Shown here one piece after another: positions 25,091-38,523 of a DNA stretch of 64,000 nucleotides. Under the pieces are notes generated by a model. The model saw only the letters and a program-made list of their open reading frames with translations, ran no database searches and had not been told where the DNA came from. Position numbers and translations under genes: made by a program. Location of the stretch: NCBI GenBank assembly GCA_028534125.1, contig CM052817.1, positions 88,104,001 to 88,168,000 on the forward strand, given 5' to 3'. Source of the DNA: Lama glama. Its lineage: Eukaryota. The stretch's first letter is position 1, and every line of letters starts with the position of its first letter.

Positions 25091-26274
25091 CTGTTCTTAT
25101 ATTCATTATTCCATAAACTAAACAATAGTGACTCCATCACACTCTGCGTTCTCTACAGTACCCAAAACATTTTTAGTAGTTATGTTGCCTATATTTCAAA
25201 AGAAAATATATGACTAGCTAAATTTTTACTCAATGTGTCTCAACTAAAAATAATAATATTAATAATTATCAGCAGCCAATTAGAGCAATTCAGATAAGAT
25301 TTATGGTTGTGCACATTCAAATATGTTTTGTTGTTACTTGTAACTGCTTATATCTTAATCTACAAAATGGACTTGACATTATTTTTTCCCATTCCTTAGT
25401 CAAAAGGAACAGAGTAATTGTGGTATAAACTTCATTTCCTTACCCATGTCTGGGTCTCTTCTCCTTCTAATTATATACCTTCTTTGTAGTTAAATCCCAG
25501 CCGTATCACTTGCTGTGTTCAATGATATGGAGATAGGAGTGATATGGTTCTTTTTCAATATGTGCCTTTTCCTAGTGAGCAGACCTAGGTGGTTATAAAT
25601 TCCAGCTGGTATCACTAATGGGTGGTGTAGCCTCCCTCCATCTAATTGCTGACTTGCTGCAATATGGATGATTGACCAGAAGAGCCACAGACGGCATATA
25701 ACAAGTTAGAAACACTCATTAAATCACTGAGATTTCAGTGTTAAACAGATGAGACTTCACAGTTTGTTATATTAGCATAACTTGCAATTTGTGAAAATAT
25801 CTACTTATAATGTATTAAATTTAATAACTAGCAATAAGGAAACAAATAATGATGAAGACAAATAATGGTGATAATATCTTCTGAAATTTATACAGATGAC
25901 CACTCAAATAATTTATTCATAATTTCAAGAAACATTTAGTTCATTTCTACTATATGTAAGCACTGTTTTTAGACTATATCACTTGTTGAGGTCTCTATGG
26001 TAAACAATAAGAGGAAATATTTCCCTCTAGGTTGTTATACGCTATTTCATGACAGATTTTTAATCTTCTTAAGAGATTTAAAAATACCTGCAGTATTTAA
26101 AAAAATACTTTAGAAATGATTGATTGTAGCAAATGGGTCTAACTATTGGATACCTCTCCCTCTCTAGTCATCCTCTTAGTCATCCTCCTATTTGGATGTA
26201 AACTTTTGATGCAAATTTTATTTAAATTAGATGATAATATATAAAACATTGTTAGTCATTTTTCCTAAATATCT

Positions 26275-26522
26275 GCATACACAGATCCCCTCACTTCAGG
26301 TGTCAGCTTAAATGGCACTTCTTTATAATGACCTACTTTTAGCACCTTTTTTTTTTCTTCACACTAATAACTGACATATTACATTTGATTTTTAAATGTA
26401 TGTTTACTATCTGTCTCTTCCACTTGAATGTAAACTCTGTGAAGGTATGTAGTTTTGTGGAATCACATCTCCATCTCTAGTTCAGTCCTTGGCAGATAGT
26501 ATTTATTGAGTGAATTAATAAA
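26275..26522 (+). mobile_element. L2 3' end
   Basis: tcaggtgtcagcttaaatggcacttc...ctgtctcttccacttgaatgtaaactctgtgaagg...tatttattgagtgaattaat. Confidence 0.7.
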
Positions 26523-27539
26523 CAAAAGAATGATAATTATCTGTAGTGAATATTTTCTGAGCCTTTGTTTTGAAGGTTAGAATTATATCATCCTCACCTT
26601 CAGAGACTAACATTGTAAATCCACAAGATATATTTTTCTTCCTTTTCAAACATAAGAATAAATTAGAAGTGAAATATATAAAGATTTTGATAGCTAACAC
26701 ATCTCAATAAGTATCACAAAATGTTTCTTTTCAATATTCTTCTATATTTCATACGAGTAGCAAGATAAAAGTGGGTAAATTGAGCTTTTTTTCCACCAAG
26801 AACTTTGCAACCCTAAATCAAATAAAAGTAGTGTATTTCTGTGTAGTTTAAAAACACAGCTGGAACTGTTTACTCTCTAGACAAGTTTTGATTACAGATA
26901 GTAGATTTTGCTTTTCTTTTCCAATCTCCTAAATAAAGCAGAGGAGTGATATTATGAAGTGAGTCAAGGAAATGAATAGGAGCAGAGAGAAATAATATCA
27001 CTGATGTGACATTAGTTAACTTTCTATAAATTAATAAATATAAATATAAGTTAGTTGGATGAACTTGAATGAGATAAAAATTGAATATTTAATCATTTCT
27101 CCTGCTTCTTCAATTTTCTATTCATTAGTTGCATGGATGAATATAACTTTAGGAGGGAAATGAACTATCTGCCATTTAAGCCTTTTGGTTTGAATGCAGT
27201 AGCAGCATACTTAGTTACCAAAGGTCTAATGTGTCCACTTTACAGATACTTGAGGCACTAGAAAAAGTATACAATTCTCTCAGCTGTTTTTGTGTAGAAT
27301 AAGGAAATCTAGACCAAAGTAACTCAAGTAGGGCAACATTAGTTCTGGTATAATATTTAGCATAGTCAGTCATTTCCTCATCAGTTTTCCATTTTGTCTA
27401 GAACACCCTACCCTAATGAATCATGATCTCTATTTGTCTTAATATGTATGTTCTCTCCAGTCCATTCATCATTAGTTATAATTTATTTCTTCTACCCAAA
27501 ACTTTTACTTACTCATGGATTCTCCTTTTATGAATCTGG

Positions 27540-28382
27540 AGCACTGACAACATCAAACTCAGGAGAGGATGAAGAACAACAGCAACTCTCATTCGTTGCT
27601 GTGGAAGTGTAAAACGGTACCCTTATTTTGGATTCAGTTGGCAGTATTTCACAAAACTAGACATACTCTTACTATATGATCAACAGCAATCACATTCTTT
27701 GGTATTTGCCCAAAGGAGTTGAAAACTTATGTCCACACCAACCTGCACGTGGATGTTCATAGCATCTTTCTTCATAATGGACAAAACTTTGAAGTCATAT
27801 TCTTCAATAGGTGAATGAATAAACATATTGTGACACATACAGATAATAGAATATTATTCAGCACTGAAAATAAGTGAGCTATTAAGCCAAGAAAAGACAT
27901 GGAGGAAACTTACATGTGCACTACTAAGTGAAAAAAGCTAATGTGAATAAACTCCCTACTATATATTTCCAACTATTTGACATTCCAGAAAAGGTAAAAC
28001 GATGATTTTATAGATAGTAAAAAAAAGATCAGTAGTTGTCTAGGGATGCATAGGGGGAGACAGAGGATATATAGAGCAATGAAAATACTCTGTATAATTT
28101 GGTAATGGTAATTCTAGATATATGTCATTGGTAAGTTTGTTCAAACCTAGAGAATCTGCTACATCCATAGTGAATTCAAAAGTAAACTATGGACTTTGGG
28201 TGTTTTTGATGTGTCAGTATAGGTTCATCAGTTGTGAGAAACATATCCTCTGGTGAGGAGTGTTGATAATGAGGGAAGCTATGCATGTAGACGGGCATAG
28301 AATATATGGATTATCTCTGTAACTTCCATTCAGTTTTGCTGTGAATCTAAAACTTCTCTAAAAATTAAAGTTAAAAATAAAA
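27540..28382 (+). mobile_element. L1MC-like LINE 3' portion
   Basis: actgacaacatcaaa...aactctcattcgttgct...ggagttgaaaacttatgtccac...gtaaactatggactttggg...gctgtgaatctaaaact; homologous to 7925-8710. Confidence 0.9.
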
Positions 28383-28859
28383 TCTAGGACAATACAAATA
28401 AAATTATGATAATTTTCTTACAAATGTCTAAGTAGTCAGAAGCTAAACATGGATAGATGCAATCTTTATTTTGCAAAATTACAATAGAGTCTATTTATTT
28501 TCTCTCAAGGATAGCATTTCCACAGCTAAAGTGAGTCTTGAGCAGGCATTAACGTTGAGCTAGCTGGAATTTCGGAGGCTATATATTATTGTGTTGGAAA
28601 TAAATGTGTGTATTTTAAGTTCCGTGAAGGAGAATTTTTTTTTATATAATGAAAAATGGTGCATTAAGAACAATTTGAACTTCAGATATCTTGAGGGTTT
28701 TTTTAATTTTAAGAAAATGCTACACAATTTTGACATAAATGGCTGACATCATTAGAGTGAAAATCGATGTAGAATGTAAAGCTGTTTTATTCTGTATTAA
28801 ATATCATTTGTCTGGATCACTCTCTTCTCATTTTTTTTCCTACACATTACATACTTTTA

Positions 28860-29030
28860 CTTCACTTTCTGTTGATGTGACCATTGGCAAGTTACAAAAC
28901 CTATCTTGGCTTTGGATTCCTCATCTATAAAATCGGGAGGTAATGATTACAATGCTCTTAGAGCAGTACCTGGAAAATATTAGGGTCTCAATCAATGTTA
29001 TTGTTGTTAATGGTGTTATTATTATTATTA
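28860..29030 (+). mobile_element. MIR SINE
   Basis: tgtgaccattggcaagttac...ttcctcatctataaaatcgggagg...ctcaatcaatgttattgtt. Confidence 0.75.
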
Positions 29031-29169
29031 TGGTCTTTGCTTCTGGATTATGGTAAGACTAGAATCTATGTTTTAAAGAATGCTTAAATCACACATAGAA
29101 AATATTCAACATTCAAATAAATAATGAAAAAAGTAAGAAAATTTCAAAAAGCCTGTTAGAATCTCTACA

Positions 29170-29595
29170 GGAAACACAGGGTGCTTAGACTGGGCTATTT
29201 CAGAAGAGCTAATGGAGAGAATACTGAACAAAGGAGCAGGCAGTGTGTAGAGAACCCCTAGTAAGAGGTTTCTATATCTAGGCCTAAAGAGTCCAAGGGA
29301 AAGCGGTTACTGGAGCTCAGGGGGAGGGAGAGTGTGTGGAGAGGCTACTTGACAGGAACTGTAATTTTACTCACACAGCAGAGTACATACAGTCCACAGT
29401 GAGCCCAAAGAGAGGAAGATGGGGAGTAAATAATCAGACTCGTTCACACCCCTGCCTCTGATTTCCTGTTAGTGTTCCTTATTGACTGAATCCAAAATTT
29501 ACCTGAAATACAATTGAATGCTCAGTTTTCTGGAACCAACAACAGGAGGAGAGTTTTGAGCTGATCTTAAGAGACTAATAGATGTTATCCAGTGC
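29170..29595 (-). mobile_element. ERVL LTR (LTR33-like)
   Basis: ctctgatttcctgttagtgttccttattgactgaatccaa...gatgttatccagtgc resembles antisense LTR33. Confidence 0.55.
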
Positions 29596-31399
29596 CTGTC
29601 TTTTAATGATCTGGTTAACACAGTTCTGAAATGTCATCTTTATTATATCAAAATATTAGCTAAATGCTAATGGCTAATATTAAGTATATTTAAAAAATTG
29701 GACAGAACCAGGTAAGTGTGTTATGTGTTGCTGTTATTCAGGAAAAATGGTGTTTGTTTTAGCTTGGGAGGAAATTATATTCTAATGACATCTATGCATA
29801 AATGTCGGCAGATGTGTTTGCATGTGTTAATGAAAGCATTCACTTTTATGGCTTTGGATATCTGTAGGTTATTTCTATGTTGAAGTTTATTTTTTGAAGT
29901 GAATAAAACAGCTTTGTTTACTTAGAAAATTAATTCTTTAAATATTCATGAGATAACAGTATTTGCTATTATTGAAATGCATGGTAACTTGTATTTCAAT
30001 AGTTACTCATCAACCTTATTTTACACTATTAATTAGATTTCAAAGGCTATTATTCTTCTATTTAAGAAACATGTTTGGCTTTCTGCATATTTCTAATTAA
30101 TATTAGTTAAAATATCAAATTTTTAAATTTATGGCAATTTTTCAAATAATGATACTTACTTGAAATAAAAGTTCTCTACGTAAAAAGAACTGTAAGCTTA
30201 CAATATTAAATGTTATTAATGAAACTGTTTAAACTAACAATGCAGGTAAATAAGGTACAGATAGCACAATTAGTAAATATTAAATTTAATTATAAAATAA
30301 TGTCTAAAGTAAGTCAATTGAATTATTTGCACCTTTTCAGCTCCTTTCTTCCTGTCACACCTACCATGTACAATCTCAACCACAGATTGTCGTAAAATGT
30401 GAATTCATTCTTCATTGAGAGTTGTGGTTGAACAGGGTGGGAGGAAAAAATTGAGCTGGTTCTTCCACAAGTTATTAGTTCCAAACTCAAATAGGCCCAT
30501 AAATATGGTTTAAAATGTATGTACTTGTTTTTCTTCTTCTAACTCCCAGTAATCGTAGCAGCCGTATCAAACTTGTGTCCAGATAGTCAAATCCACTTCA
30601 AAACCTCCTTCTCAGTCTTGTCAATGGCTTTAAATATAATCTTTTCATAGAGAATATGGATATTATCAGGTCTAAAGTCCATTTCTCCTCAACTCACCAT
30701 ATAAAAGATAGTATTTTACCCCCAGAAAAAACTCCAAGATCTTTAGAAATAAAACTTCTTCAATACATTTAAATCAATACTATAGACTATTCAAAAATCT
30801 TGCCTATCACAAATAATTAGACATCATGTAGAATATAAAACAACAAACCTCTTTTTAAATGTTTTTAAGGAAATGAAGAAAATCCTCTGGGCCTTAAACA
30901 AAGAAAGAGCTGCTATATAAGCAAGCTATCATTCAAACTGACTTAAAGTTGGTTTTCAACCTACAATGATATAGTGGTTTGGATAGTAATGAGCATATTT
31001 TGGAGAGGAGATAAAATCTTCAGCCTAATTAAATTGGGTAATTTGAATTGAGATCTGTAAAGCCAGGGTTTCAAATGGCTCGACATGCAAACAATGAGAT
31101 GTTTGAAGATATCTTTCCATCAGCAAAAGAAAAAGAAAAAGAAAAAAAAAGATCTTTGTATGAACTTCAGGAAGAAAACATCAAAGCTCCCTTTTCACTA
31201 TAATTTTGATGATTTAAAATTCATGTTCTGTCCTTTGCTAGGTTGTACCTTCAAATGGATACTACTGTTTGGTCCAGATAACTCAAAGTTGAGAAGCAAG
31301 TTTAATTGGTTCCAGGTTGATAGAAATTCAGTGCTCTGAAAGAAGCAAAAACCTCTATTATTTCAAAGGTGCATAATCTCAAACCAGGCCTTCCAGGAT

Positions 31400-32130
31400 G
31401 AGCCACATACACCTCAGATAAACACAAGCATGTTCACATCAACACACATGGGTTCTTAGGAGCAGGAGTCAGTGGAAATGACACACAGCAGAATTCAAAC
31501 TTCTAATGACCTTATATATTATAATTGTCATATTGTATTAGAAGGGTGATTAAAACTTTTAAAAATTTAGAAAGAGGAATTTAAAACCTGAGCAAAGAAT
31601 AAGCTATTTTCAAAAATGACATAATAAATTTGAAAAAAAAAACTAGAAATAAAATATTTTAATTAAAATTAAAATTAAATTGATTGGTAAACAACAGACT
31701 GAATGCAGCTTGAATGAACTAATACAGAGATGAAGATGTTAGAAAAGATAAGATTCAGAAGGCAAAGAGATGGAAAATATTTATACTTTTTGAATCACTG
31801 GTAGAAAAGGGTAGAATGACAAGATCTATCCTAAGTATTACCAAAATTCTAAAAGGAGAAACCTGAATAGTGGAAGGAGAATTCATGATGATATAATGGA
31901 CAAAGATTTTTCAGAGTTTATTAGTGATATTAATCTCAGATTCAGTAAGATACAAGGAAATTCAGTAAGTGTATTTTAAAAAAAAAAAAAAAGCTCATGT
32001 CGACACATCATAGTGAAACTGTTGATCATCAACAGCAGTGGGAGAATCTCATAAACATCCAGAGTAAACAGGTTTCCAACAGACAAATCTCAATTAGCAG
32101 GACTGCAAACTTATGAAGAACAGTAACAAA
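31400..32130 (+). mobile_element. Ancient L1 ORF1 or HAL1 remnant
   Basis: A-rich decayed ORF1-like tract (aacagactgaatgcagc...gatataatggacaaagatttttcagag...gacacatcatagtgaaactg). Confidence 0.6.
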
Positions 32131-33557
32131 TTAGTGAAAGGAGAAATGAAACAGGGTTGGCATAATCTTTTTTCCAGGCCTGTGCTATTGATGTCTTCTA
32201 CTCATTTTCTGAAGTTATATACAGCTGTGATTTTTATCATCAACCCAAACTGACTGACATCAGAACCAGCTTTGTATAAAATGGCTGAATTGTCCAAGTC
32301 CCTCTGTGGCCTTGGTGTTGCATCCCAAAGTACCTTCGTCATCTCCAAAGTGTTTCTCAAAACTGTTGTGACCTTCTTGTCCTCACTATTATTATCTTAC
32401 TTCACTTTTCCTCACTTTTTTGCCCAACTAATTTATTAGATGATGAAGGATTGAAGGAATTCCAATATATTTTAATTTCAGTGGAGTATTGTGTTCCTGT
32501 CTTACAAAATAACTTTTGAATGTTAATTAAAATTGGCTTGCCCATGAACGCTATAGAGCCACAAATCAAACATAACTGATAAATTATTACGTGTCTAATT
32601 ATGGGAAATTGTGTTAGCTTTGTTTAAATATCAATTGAAAAGGACATAATTAATCTTAATTAATCCTTAGAAAATCCCAAATTAAATAGTTATATTATTT
32701 TCCAAAAGATGACAAAAAGAGAAATGCATATCTTGGAATGATAATAAAATAATTCAACTTGTTTTAAGCATCAAAACTTGCAAATGGGTAGATTAAATGT
32801 ATTAAATACAGCATTCCTCTTGTATCATACACATTTGTTAAATAATAATCCCAGAAATCCACTTCTAAAATAACTTCCATTTTTATAGATTGCTCAAATA
32901 AGGACCACACACTAACTTATGAAAAACATTTCATACCTAAACACATTTATAAATTCAGATACTGGGAGGTTTTAAATATAAAATTCTTAGCATGGAGGTG
33001 ATTGGGACCAGATGGGGAATGATTGGAATATCAGATTTCCAAGTGCTAGGAGATCCCTGATCACTGACAAAGGACAAAATGCGCACAAAGTGCAAAGCAC
33101 AGTTTCAAGATGCAGTTAACACCTTTATTGATTGTTATTCTTTATGTAGTAGCTCAGAAAGCATGAAGCCAGATAACTGATTCCAGACATTTTGATACCT
33201 CAGTCACCAATTCCAGAAGGTGCCAAGAAAAAGGGAAAAATATTTTTTAAGTTGATGGTTTCCATCCCTATACCAAATCATACAATACAATTTTGAATCC
33301 AGTTTAAAACTTTTGGCTCTTATCTGAAGGTCTGGAAAGGTGAGGCCCTCACACCTCAGCAAACACATGACTGCATTCACCCTCTGCCTTCTGATCCACT
33401 GACTTAAAATGTTGTTTATCCCAAGATTATTATTAAAGGAACTGAGTAAAGGAAATTTATTTATTGCAGTTAAAGGACAAAACCTGTAGAAGAGACTTTT
33501 TTTCTCCATTTCCAATTAGTCCTTTGAAATTCACTTAAGTCTGGGTTCAGTATCTCT

Positions 33558-33558
33558 T

Positions 33559-33597
<39 letters not shown>
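33558..33597. repeat. (TTTA)n microsatellite, about 10 units
   Basis: Seen directly. Confidence 0.95.
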
Positions 33598-34568
33598 TTG
33601 AGGAAAAGTAGATTACTGTTCACAGGCATTCAGTTATGATATACAATATCAAGATTTCCTTTCACTTTACTATTCTTCTCAACCTCATCTATACTTTCTT
33701 AATGGATATTTCTCTAAATCATCATTTGTTCACCAATTCAACAAATTCAACAAGTCTTCCCCACCACCCCCCCATACCCCCCCTACAAATCTTCTCTAAG
33801 TATCCAAGGAGCAGAGATTGGAGCTGAAGAGATCAAAAATAATCAAGTTCTGCCTCTAGTGGTAGCACTCTATTAGCACTGATAAAATGATTAATATTGG
33901 GATCGCTGTTCGCCAATATATTATTTTGTGTATAAACGTCATCATGTGATACATTTTATTCTGAGATGGTAATTTAGAGCTATGGTTAGAAGGTTGAAAG
34001 TCTGAAACCAAAAGAACATTTTCTGTGATTAATTTTAGCCACATCATTTTTTAATTTGGCTCTTCTGAGGAGCAGATACCAAATGTGATTAACCGTGCAA
34101 AATATTTGTATAAGTTTTAAGTGGTATTAATAATTTATTTTTATTAAATATGTCTAGGAAGACACATAAAAGAAATTATGAAGAAGACATCAGAGAGATA
34201 TAAAGAAAAAGTGTAAACAATACACATTAAAACAAATCCATAGGGTGATTTATCAAAACAGCCTAAAATAATTGAATTTCAGACTAATATGCATGTATTA
34301 TATAAACAGGGCATCAGACTGGTGAAGAGCAGATCTCATTGCAAACCACAGTTGCAGCATGCTCATGAGATGACTGAAGGAAAATAAAAACAATAAAGAT
34401 TGGCAAATTACTCCCAAGTCATGCTGATCATGGTTTATTTGTAGTACTTTCTATTAATATCACTAAATTATCCCATTAGTCAACATTCCAAGAATTAGTA
34501 GAATTACACAGAATGACTGGGGATGGTATGAGATCAACTATTCTCTGTGACAGAAATATTTTTATAAA

Positions 34569-35301
34569 TGTTGAGAGGTACATGGTCTGTGACAGCCATT
34601 AGAATCTACCTCTCCAGTCTCTGAGTACAGCAGACATAATTGAGCTAAGGTTCCAGCCATGCAGCCGTGAAATCCATCAGATTTCCTATGTAATCCACCC
34701 TTCTCACTAGCTATTCCCAGTGAGGGACTGACCATGGCAGGGATACTAAAGTCACATCCATTCCTACAAGAACTGGAATCTTCTAGCACTTGGGTGACTT
34801 TGGCTCAAAGTCTCCTCAGAGACCATGCTGAACTCTTAGGGCTTCATTGCCATATGGCATGGTTAACTATAGTCACCATGCTGTGCACTAGTATACTTGA
34901 AAGATGCTGAGAGTGTAGATGTTAAATGTTCTCACCACACACACATACACAAAGTAGGTGAAGTGATGGATATGTTAACTAAGCCTATTGTAGTATCATT
35001 TTGCAATATATGCATATATCAAATCATCACCTGAAACTTACACAGTAATATATGTCAATTATTTCTCAATAAAGCTGGGGGAGAAAAAGAACTGGATTGC
35101 AGTCTAAGATGCTTCTGCCAACCCTTCTTTCCCTCCTCTCCCTCTTTGCTTTAACCTGAATCAAAGCTGCATCAAGTTCTGATGGTTCTCCTGCCTTTCC
35201 CTGATTCCTTCATTTCCCTGTATAATCATTGTCCCTAACAAATCTCTTGCAGGTTTAGTTGTACTTTGGATTCTGCTTTTCAGAAGACCCAGGCAAAGTC
35301 A
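34569..35301 (+). mobile_element. ERVL LTR (LTR16-like) interrupted by an L1 3' fragment
   Basis: 3' end ccctaacaaatctcttgcagg...ggattctgcttttcagaagacccaggcaaagtca resembles LTR16 terminus. Confidence 0.6.
34851..35087 (+). mobile_element. L1MA/MB-type 3' end with 5' micro-inversion
   Basis: tatacttgaaag...gtagatgttaaatgttctcaccac...gtcaattatttctcaataaagctgggg; preceded by antisense ttaactatagtcaccatgctgtgcactag. Confidence 0.85.
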
Positions 35302-36943
35302 TGATTTGACAAAAACTTATTAAAATATCACTTTTCCCCCCAGATTTCCAACCTTCAAATCACCACTTTGAATGACTATTTGAGAATAACATGTGGAGAA
35401 GGAGCCACCACTTAAGAAATGTATTGGCTCTGTGACATTGTTACCAAGAAATTTGTTAGCTTTGTGTCTTGACTGCTATTTCTGTGCTTCGTTGTGGTTC
35501 TTTATGTCTTTTTCTTTGGGTGCAGTTACAGAAAATGAAAGCAAAGAAAACAGATTATTACTTGGCCTGTAAGTGTTGAGGGGGAAGAAAAACAAAACAA
35601 AACAAGAAAATAGGATAAAGTAAAATAGCTTTGGAAGGAAAGCAAAGACTGATAAATCCTACAAAAGGAAGAAAGAGGACACAGCTCAGTACAGCAGCAC
35701 CTGAGAGGTCCACAAAAGATTTTGCCAGCATTACCTGAAAAACAGAACAGCATACACAGCTTTTGTTCAAATACTGCATAATGATTATCAAATACATATT
35801 TACACACATATTTACCCAAATGTTCTTACTAAAGCATTAATTTCAGTTTAAGTAAGATTGAGTTTCACCTAAGTTAAGAAACTTGATAGTAACATGTCAC
35901 AGTTTCCTCTTACAAATTATTAACATGGTAACAAACTGAATTTAAGCTTTGTTGTTACAGATAGAAATCATTTTACATAATCTCCATGGTTCCTTTGGGA
36001 TGCTTTTTTTTATATAATAATAATAATTATTTCTATTTGTTGAGTAGCGAAAGTATCAATAATTAATTGATATAGAAAATATGTTAATTATTGAAGATAA
36101 ACTAAAGATGTAGTTACTTATCAAATAACTCATTAACATGTAACAGGTGAAAAGTTGAGCAGAAAAATTAATCATGTGCAGTAAAGAAGTAAAACAGGCA
36201 AAATTTTTAAAAAATAGTTGTTTTATATATTGTCATGTCTAAAGATAAATACTTAACTTTACATTGTTGATATAGAAAACATTGTGAGCAGGAAAACTGA
36301 GATGATTGAGAGCAGACACCCACAATTTTGTTCCACTGAATATAGTCTTGTGAATTTTTCTTCAAAAAGTGTTGTCCTTAGTCAAGTTACTTTCTTCTAT
36401 GAACTCTGAACTATTTGTCTCCCAGTGGAGATGCACATAACACAGTGATGTAGAAAAAGCCTTCTGCACAGGCACAGACACAGCATACACATGGGCACAT
36501 CTGAACCTGTTCAACTTGTTTTTTAACTTCTTGCTCCTAAGTTTATTTGTCTTCCCTAAATTTTTAATATGACATTTAATAATATATTATTAAATAGGAT
36601 CCAGCTTTTCTACACTCATATTTATATATATCCTTTTGTTAGTTATAATGATAAAATATTCTATATTTAATAACTAAGTGTTTCACGCTAGTAACATTTA
36701 AACCTACTATTTAGGCATATCTTAGAATATTTTGTTACTTTGATAAGCTTAAAAATCCTATACTAAGAAATGATGCAGATTAAAATACCCTATGTCTGAT
36801 AAATATATACAGGGGGAAAAATGGCAGGAGAAACTTCACAGCATTCTGTGAAGACACATGAAGAAAGGGAGGAATTTGTTAAGGACAAAAAAAAAAAAAG
36901 AAAAGTAAATAATTATGAAGTTAGAAGGTGGACTATTTCCATA

Positions 36944-37752
36944 TGACAGGACTTGATGAGTATGTGAATGCATCCAAATATACGGTAGGCAGTTGCCCCT
37001 TGGGAAGTGTCCCTCCTCAAGCCTAATGATGACAGCCCCTGAGTGAACACCTACATGCAGATGGGCTTCCCTTGGAAGGAGCAGGCGTTTGGGAACTGTG
37101 TTTACTCCTATTGTCCTTATACTTTATCCTTCAAATTGTCTGTTTACTGGCTTGACAGGTAATCAGATGAAAACAACCTTAAGCCTGGTCATCATCTTAT
37201 CAGTCTTTGACTTGGGGCTGCTCTGTGTGGCGTGGTCTGGCTCCTGTGATGGAGTTAACGGGACTGATGAGTGTGGCGTGGTCTGGCTCCTGTGATGGAG
37301 TTAACGGGACTGATGATAAGCACTGGGGGGTAAGGAGGGTCAAGTACTGCCAATTTTCTGGGGTTGAGTGATGGGACCCCATGCTATTTTTGTACATTTA
37401 GGCTGTTTCCCAGGGAATGGGGGGAGGGAATAGTCACCCATGGGGGAGGCAAGCAGCCCTGCAACCAGACTTGGGTTCAGTATATGAGGTCTGAAGAGGA
37501 TTTGTATGGACAACAGCTAAACTTCTCATCCTGCTCTTATCAGAAAAGCCCCAGTCTTGAGAAGGGGTACTAGTTTTATATCTCTGTTGGAGATTTGCCA
37601 ACAGATAATGAGCCAGCGCCTGAAGGCCAGTGCTGATTGAAACTTGGTGAGGAACTTGTCTTAAGGTGGTTGCACTGGCCTCAAAGAGTCGGTGAGAGTA
37701 ATAGGGCTTTAGCTACAAGGCCTGGTAAGAAGCTGCTGTATGTAAAATAACA
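36944..37752 (-). mobile_element. Probable solo ERV LTR (MER54/73/74-like, family uncertain)
   Basis: GC-elevated ~810-bp block with TG...CA ends and minus-strand TATA (gatataaaact near 37572-37582). Confidence 0.5.
37225..37316. repeat. Perfect tandem duplication, 46-bp unit x2
   Basis: gtgtggcgtggtctggctcctgtgatggagttaacgggactgatga at 37225 and 37271. Confidence 0.97.
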
Positions 37753-37788
37753 ACAGAACAAAGCACCTGTGGTGTCAGATCACTCTCA

Positions 37789-38263
37789 TTAGTAGGCAGA
37801 AGAATGCCCCCCAAAGATGTCCACATCCTCATCCAAGGAACCTATGAATACGTTAGGTTACATAGCAAAGGGAAGTAAGCATGCAGATGGAATTAAAGTT
37901 TCGAATCAGCTGACTTTAAGAGAGAGAAAAAATAGTACCTTGGTGATCCAGGTAGGCTCAGTTTAATCACAGCTACGTGGAAGCAAGAGGTAGAATGGGC
38001 AGAGACAGAAAGAGTGTGGGAGAGACGCTGGGAGGGTCTGAGAGCCAGAGAACGTAGCCAGTCTTTAGCAGATGGAAATAGGAAGAAAATGAATTTTCCT
38101 TCAGAGCCATGAGAAAGTAATGCAGTTCTGCCACACCTTGATCTTCACCTGATGAGACTCAGGAATTTCTTAACTACAGAATTGTGAGTAAATACTTTTG
38201 TGGGGTTTTCTTTAAGCCACTAGGTTTGTAGTCATTTGTCACGGCTGCTTTAGTAAACTAGTA
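37789..38263 (+). mobile_element. MaLR solo LTR (MLT1D-like)
   Basis: gtaggcagaagaatgccccc..aaagatgtccacatcct...ttaagccactaggtttgtagtcatttgtcacggc; reverse homolog of 13813-14319. Confidence 0.88.
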
Positions 38264-38399
38264 TTTTCTTGTAGAGCAGGTTTGGGCAATGCTAAATTAT
38301 TCATTTCTTATAGACAAAAAGGGAGTCTTTTGTACTTAACGTCACCTCCAATTGCATCAAAATACGATCCTAGACATCAAGCTTATACATAGTCTCTAA

Positions 38400-38523
38400 A
38401 TGCTTATTATTTTTTTTTCTTTAATTCTAAACGTCAATAGCAGAGGGTCTGCTGGGTTGGTATGCTTATTATTTTTTTTTCTTTAATTCTAAACGTCAAT
38501 AGCAGAGGGTCTGCTGGGTTGGT
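38400..38523. repeat. Perfect tandem duplication, 62-bp unit x2
   Basis: atgcttatta(t)9ctttaattctaaacgtcaatagcagagggtctgctgggttggt at 38400 and 38462. Confidence 0.97.

Noticed and set aside
2035..38523. Direct repeats of 34-62 bp as a CRISPR-like array
   Set aside because: Each is an unrelated two-copy tandem unit with no spacers and no cas genes; host is mammalian
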